Positions 59,913-64,000 of a stretch of 64,000 bases of DNA are shown here, one piece after another. Origin of the DNA: an uncultured delta proteobacterium (GTDB lineage Bacteria; Desulfobacterota; Binatia; DP-6); the NCBI GenBank assembly GCA_963713495.1, contig CAVQLX010000015.1, forward strand, positions 72,738 through 136,737, read 5' to 3'. The first letter of the stretch is position 1. Every line of letters starts with the position of its first letter. A program made the translations under genes and the position numbers. The notes beneath the pieces were generated by a model. It was not told the DNA's origin, did not search any database, and saw only the letters and a program-made list of their open reading frames with translations.

Positions 59913-61088
59913 ATGAGCGCACACCCGCTGCGTGGCGCGGCGGCGATCGCCGGACTCGGCGTCACGCCGCAAGGCAAGGTCTACGGCACGAACGCCGTCG
60001 GCTTCGCCGTCGACGCCATCCGCCTCGCGCTCGACGACGCGGGTCTCACCCGCACCGACGTGGACGGGCTGCTCGTGAATCCCGGCCTCACCTGGAACGA
60101 CCAGGGCATGGGATCGTTCCAGCTCCAGCAGGCCCTCGGGCTGCGCGATCTCCGACTCACCGCCACCATGAACCTGGGAGGCGCCACCGCCTGCGCGATG
60201 ATCCAGTACGCCACGCAGGCCATCGCCGCCGGGCTGTGCCACACCGTCGCCTGCGTCTTCTCCGACGCGCCGCTGAAGCCGCCGTCACCCGAGGGCGTAC
60301 GCACCTCGAGCGGCGCGGCCTACGGCTTCGCCCGCGGCTGGGAGTCGGCGTACGGCTTCTTCGGCGTGAACGCGATGTACGCGCTGGTGGCGAGCCGTCA
60401 CATGCACGTCTACGGCACCACGCAGGAGCAGCTGGGCGCGATCGCGGTCGCCCAGCGGCGCTGGGCGAACCTCAACCCGCAGGCCCAGCTCCACGACCGT
60501 GCGCTCACGCTCGAGGAGTACCACGCCTCGCGCTGGATCGCGGAGCCCTTCCACGTCTTCGACTGCTGCCTGGTGTCGAACGGCGGCCTCGCGGTCATCG
60601 TCACCAGCGCCGAGCGAGCCCGCGCGCTGCGCAAGCCGCCGGTCTACGTCCTGGGCATGGGGCAGGGACACCGGGGCGGCGACGCCGGCGACACGCTCGC
60701 CTCGGGCGCCGGCCTCGCGAAGGGGCCCGCGTTCGCGATGGCGGGCATCACGCTGCGCGACGTCCAGGTGATCGAGCTGTACGACTGCTACACCTTCACG
60801 GTCCTCGTCACGCTCGAGGACTACGGGTTCTGCAAGAAGGGCGAGGGTGGTCCGTTCGCCGCCGAGCACCACACCGGTCCCGGCGGCAGGCTCGCGCTCA
60901 ATACCGGCGGCGGCCAGCTGTCGAGCTTCTACATGTGGGGCATGACGCCCGTGTCGGAAGCGGTGATCCAGCTGCGCGGCGAGGGCGGCGCGCGACAGGT
61001 CCCGCAGCACGACGTGGCGCTCGTGTCGGGGAACGGCGGCATCCTGTCGACGCACTCCACGCTGGTGCTCTCGAGGCTGGCGTCGTGA
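59913..61088 (+). CDS. Thiolase-like protein (SCP-x/lipid-transfer-protein type, no classical CoA-binding N-loop)
   Basis: Thiolase fold with ...NLGGATACAMI... active Cys region and C-terminal ...LNTGGGQLS... 391 aa. Confidence 0.8.
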   Translation: MSAHPLRGAAAIAGLGVTPQGKVYGTNAVGFAVDAIRLALDDAGLTRTDVDGLLVNPGLTWNDQGMGSFQLQQALGLRDLRLTATMNLGGATACAMIQYATQAIAAGLCHTVACVFSDAPLKPPSPEGVRTSSGAAYGFARGWESAYGFFGVNAMYALVASRHMHVYGTTQEQLGAIAVAQRRWANLNPQAQLHDRALTLEEYHASRWIAEPFHVFDCCLVSNGGLAVIVTSAERARALRKPPVYVLGMGQGHRGGDAGDTLASGAGLAKGPAFAMAGITLRDVQVIELYDCYTFTVLVTLEDYGFCKKGEGGPFAAEHHTGPGGRLALNTGGGQLSSFYMWGMTPVSEAVIQLRGEGGARQVPQHDVALVSGNGGILSTHSTLVLSRLAS

Positions 61089-61513
61089 GCGAGACCGCGT
61101 CGGCCGCCCCGTCCCGCCCCGTCCCGGCGATCACGCCCGAGATGGCGCCGTTCTGGGAGGCCGCCCGGCGTCACGAGCTGACGGCGCAGCGCTGTCTCGA
61201 CTGCGGCACCTTCCGCTTCCCCGCTCGCGAGGTGTGCAGCGGCTGCCTGTCCCGGCGCGCCGAGTGGCACCGGGTGAGCGGGCGGGGTCGCGTCTTCAGC
61301 GTCGTCGTGATGCACCAGGCGAGCCATCCCTGGTTCGCGAGCCGCACGCCGTACGCCGTGGTCGTCGTCGAGCTCGACGAGGGGGCGCGCATGCTGTCCA
61401 CCGTCGTCGGACCGGAGCCGCATGCGATCGCGATCGGCATGCCGGTGGAGGTCGACTTCGAGGACCTGACGGCCGAGATCAGCCTGCCAGTGTTCCGGCC
61501 CAGCGCGCGGTGA
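61085..61513 (+). CDS. Zn-ribbon OB-fold protein (DUF35), thiolase partner
   Basis: GTG overlaps the thiolase stop. CLDCGTFRFPAREVCSGC zinc ribbon followed by an OB-fold. Confidence 0.75.
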   Translation: MSETASAAPSRPVPAITPEMAPFWEAARRHELTAQRCLDCGTFRFPAREVCSGCLSRRAEWHRVSGRGRVFSVVVMHQASHPWFASRTPYAVVVVELDEGARMLSTVVGPEPHAIAIGMPVEVDFEDLTAEISLPVFRPSAR

Positions 61514-61884
61514 TGTCCGTCACCCGTATCCACCACGTCCAGGTGAGCGTGCCGCTGGGGAGCGAGGACGCGGTGCGAGCCTTCTACTGCGGCATCCTCG
61601 GCTTGACCGAGGTCGAGAAGCCGGACGCGCTGAAAGCGCGCGGCGGCCTGTGGCTGGCGATCGACGGCAGGCCCGCGCTCCACTTCGGCACCGAGGACGT
61701 AGCCGACCGCGCCGCCTCGAAGCGCCACGTCGCACTCGAGGTCGACGATCTCGACGCCGTGCGTGCGCGGCTGCGGAATGCCGGCGTGCACACGGAGGAC
61801 GGCATCCCGATACCCGGGGTGCGGCGCTTCGAGTGCCGCGATCCCTTCGGGAATCGCCTGGAGCTGCTCTCCCGCGTGGCATGA
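61513..61884 (+). CDS. VOC (glyoxalase/bleomycin-resistance/dioxygenase) family protein
   Basis: The ATG overlaps the upstream stop (TGATG). IHHVQVSVP...HVALEVDD...FECRDPFGNRLEL. Confidence 0.75.
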   Translation: MSVTRIHHVQVSVPLGSEDAVRAFYCGILGLTEVEKPDALKARGGLWLAIDGRPALHFGTEDVADRAASKRHVALEVDDLDAVRARLRNAGVHTEDGIPIPGVRRFECRDPFGNRLELLSRVA

Positions 61885-61936
61885 CCGCCCGGTCGCCGGG
61901 TCGCCTCTACCGCGCGGACGTGCGACGCTCCGGCGC

Positions 61937-62323
61937 ATGACCACCGCGCGCGTGCTGGACGAGTACTGCGACGCCTGGCGGGCCGGCGACCTCGCCCGGC
62001 TCATCGGCTCGTACCACGACGAGTTCACGCTGCACTACTTCGGCGAGAGCCCGCTGGCGGGTACGCACCGCGGCAAGGCCAGTGCGCTCGCCGCCCTCGG
62101 CGAGGCCACCCGCCGATCGGGGCGGCAGCTCGTCGAGATCGTCGACGTGCTGGCCGGCCGCGAGCTCGGGGCGATCGTCGCGATCGAGCGCGTGGGCACC
62201 TCCGGGGAGACGACCGACATCCGGCGCGTGCTCCTCTACCGCGTGCGCGACGGCCAGCTCGTCGAATGCTGGCTCTACGACGAGGACCAGCGACTCGTCG
62301 ATCGGTTGTGGTCGGCCGGCTGA
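61937..62323 (+). CDS. SnoaL-like / NTF2-fold protein
   Basis: 128 aa, YCDAWRAGDLARLIGSYHDEF typical of the SnoaL_2/ketosteroid-isomerase-like fold. Confidence 0.6.
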   Translation: MTTARVLDEYCDAWRAGDLARLIGSYHDEFTLHYFGESPLAGTHRGKASALAALGEATRRSGRQLVEIVDVLAGRELGAIVAIERVGTSGETTDIRRVLLYRVRDGQLVECWLYDEDQRLVDRLWSAG

Positions 62324-62501
62324 GCCCCCCTCGCATCTGCCAGGACGGCCGCGATGGTGCCGCCCGTCACCGGGGAGGAACGGAGACCCGTGCTCCGGGC
62401 ACCTCGGGCTCGCGATCCGACCGTTCGACCCGCCGTGCTCGCCCCGCTCTTTGACGCAGGGCAGTGTGGGCAGCGTCCGGGGGCCTGGGCTATACCCAGC
62501 T

Positions 62502-63624
62502 CATGTCCCCGCGGCCGATGATCAACATGCCGCCATCGACTCGCCGGAACCAGATGCTGATGCTCGTGTTCGGCACGGGACTCGCGACGGGTCTCCACCT
62601 GGGACTGCTGCAAGCGGTCTTCTCGGCATCCTGGAAGGCTCCGATCACGTTCGTGGTGGCGAGCAGCATCTTCGCGCTCGTCACCTACGCGCTCTGGCGC
62701 TGGATATTTCCCAAGCTCGGCGGGCGGACCTTCGGAGGCCAGCTCGTGCGGCAGGTCGTCGTGGCCCTGCTGGTCTTCACCGTCGTCTCGCTCGCGGTGG
62801 TCGGGATCTTCACGTCGCTCGCCGGCGGCATCGGGCTGTTCGGGGTTCCGACCGGTTCGGACCTGACCATCACCATCACGCCCGCGATGCGCCAGCACGG
62901 CGTCCGTCTCTACGTGCTGCTGCCGATCCTGCCGGTCGGGCTGCTGTCGCTGATCGGCTATCACCTGGTCTGGCGCCAGGTGGAGGCGTTGCAGACCCGC
63001 GAGCGCGAGCTGACCGAGCTGGCGGCCACGGCGCAGCTCGCGGCGCTGCGGGCCCAGATCAACCCGCACTTCCTCTTCAACAGCCTCAACTCGATCGCGC
63101 AGCTCATCCACGCCGATCCGGAGAAGGCCGAGGCGTGCGTCGAGCGCCTCGGAGACATCTTCCGCTACATCCTGCACCGCGCGGAGCAGGAGTTCGTCCC
63201 CCTCCAGGAGGAGCTCCGGATCACGACCGCGTATCTCGACATCGAGCGCGCGCGCTTCGACGAGCGCCTGCACGTCGAGACCCGCATCGATCCCCACAGC
63301 CTGGACCAGCTCATCCCGAACCTGATCCTCCAGCCGCTGGTGGAGAACGCGGTGAAGCACGGCCTGTCGCGCAAGCTGGGCGGCGGCACCGTGTCGATCG
63401 ACGCCGCCATCGACGGCGAGCTGCTCACGCTCACGGTCGGCGACGACGGGCTCGGGATGCCGGAGCGCGTCCTCGACGAGGTCTACGATCGCGGCGTCGG
63501 GCTGCGCAACCTGCGCGAGCGCCTCGAGCGCCTGTACGGACCGGACCATCTGCCGCAGATCGAGAGCGTTCCCGGCCGCGGCACCGTCGTCCGGCTGCGC
63601 CTGCCGGTGCAGGAGGCCGCATGA
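62502..63624 (+). CDS. LytS/YehU-type sensor histidine kinase
   Basis: Four TM helices then the His_kinase region INPHFLFNSLNSIAQLI and an HATPase_c (NLILQPLVENAVKHG, GLGM). The start could also be the GTG at 62464. Confidence 0.75.
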
Positions 63625-63658
63625 GCGGCGGGCTCCCACACGCGTGACGGAGGGGCAG

Positions 63659-64000
63659 GTGAACTCCGAGATCCGCACGCTGGTGGTCGACGACGAGAAG
63701 CTGGCGCGCGATCGGCTCTCGGGCTTCCTCTCGCGGCTCGGTGGCGTCGAGGTGATCGGCGAGGCGTCCAACGGCGTCGAGGCGTTGCAGATGATCCAGG
63801 AGCGGCGGCCGGATCTCGTCTTCCTGGACGTGCAGATGCCGGGCATGAACGGCTTCGAGGTGCTGCGCGCGCTCGACGGGCCGCAGCCGCACGTCGTGTT
63901 CGCGACCGCCTTCGACGAGTACGCCATCCGCGCCTTCGAGGTGCAGGCGATCGACTATCTCCTGAAGCCGTTCGGCCGGGCGCGGGTCGAGGAAGCGGTG
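63659..64000 (+). CDS. LytTR-family response regulator, receiver domain, truncated by the window end
   Basis: RBS GGAGGGG, GTG start, IRTLVVDDEKLARDRL...DLVFLDVQMPGMNGFEVL receiver motifs. ORF runs off the window. Confidence 0.8.
   Translation, partial: MNSEIRTLVVDDEKLARDRLSGFLSRLGGVEVIGEASNGVEALQMIQERRPDLVFLDVQMPGMNGFEVLRALDGPQPHVVFATAFDEYAIRAFEVQAIDYLLKPFGRARVEEAV

Overview
High-GC (about 70%) bacterial chromosomal segment of 64 kb with roughly 60 tightly packed genes and no rRNA, tRNA, CRISPR or mobile elements that I could recognise. The left third is housekeeping and catabolic: a secreted beta-propeller, a ribBA-dsbD-hslO operon, an M28 peptidase, glmS-glmU, an L,D-transpeptidase, cstA, an SCP2/crotonase/SDR/glutaryl-CoA dehydrogenase block with a divergent LysR (GcdR-like) regulator, asd, a MutY-like glycosylase and enolase. 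From about 26 kb to 52 kb lies a large envelope and lipid-remodelling island. It holds (i) a putative Und-P-aminosugar pathway (two ArnT-like GT39/GT83 enzymes, a DegT aminotransferase, an ArnC-like GT2, a Gfo/Idh/MocA oxidoreductase, a flippase-like membrane protein and an aldo/keto reductase, plus an outer-membrane beta-barrel and Sel1/TPR proteins). It also holds (ii) a 2-aminoethylphosphonate (AEP) biosynthetic core (PEP mutase fused to a PntC-like cytidylyltransferase, a split phosphonopyruvate decarboxylase, and an AEP-type class V transaminase) that is translationally coupled to a MocR regulator, a second nucleotidyltransferase and a CDP-alcohol phosphatidyltransferase. Divergently adjacent is (iii) the hopanoid side-chain tailoring set hpnJ-hpnI-hpnK interrupted by an LtaS/EptA-like sulfatase-family transferase. 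Together these suggest an undescribed phosphonate-decorated membrane lipid system, either a phosphonolipid or a phosphono-hopanoid. The right end encodes a DnaQ/GIY-YIG nuclease, an extended ferredoxin, mgtE, a GH31 hydrolase, a thiolase/DUF35 pair, small VOC and SnoaL proteins and a LytS/LytTR two-component pair that runs off the window. At least seven genes, including enolase, show single-base frameshifts, so the assembly is probably indel-prone or the genome is decaying. The many long arginine-rich ORFs on opposite strands are high-GC artefacts.
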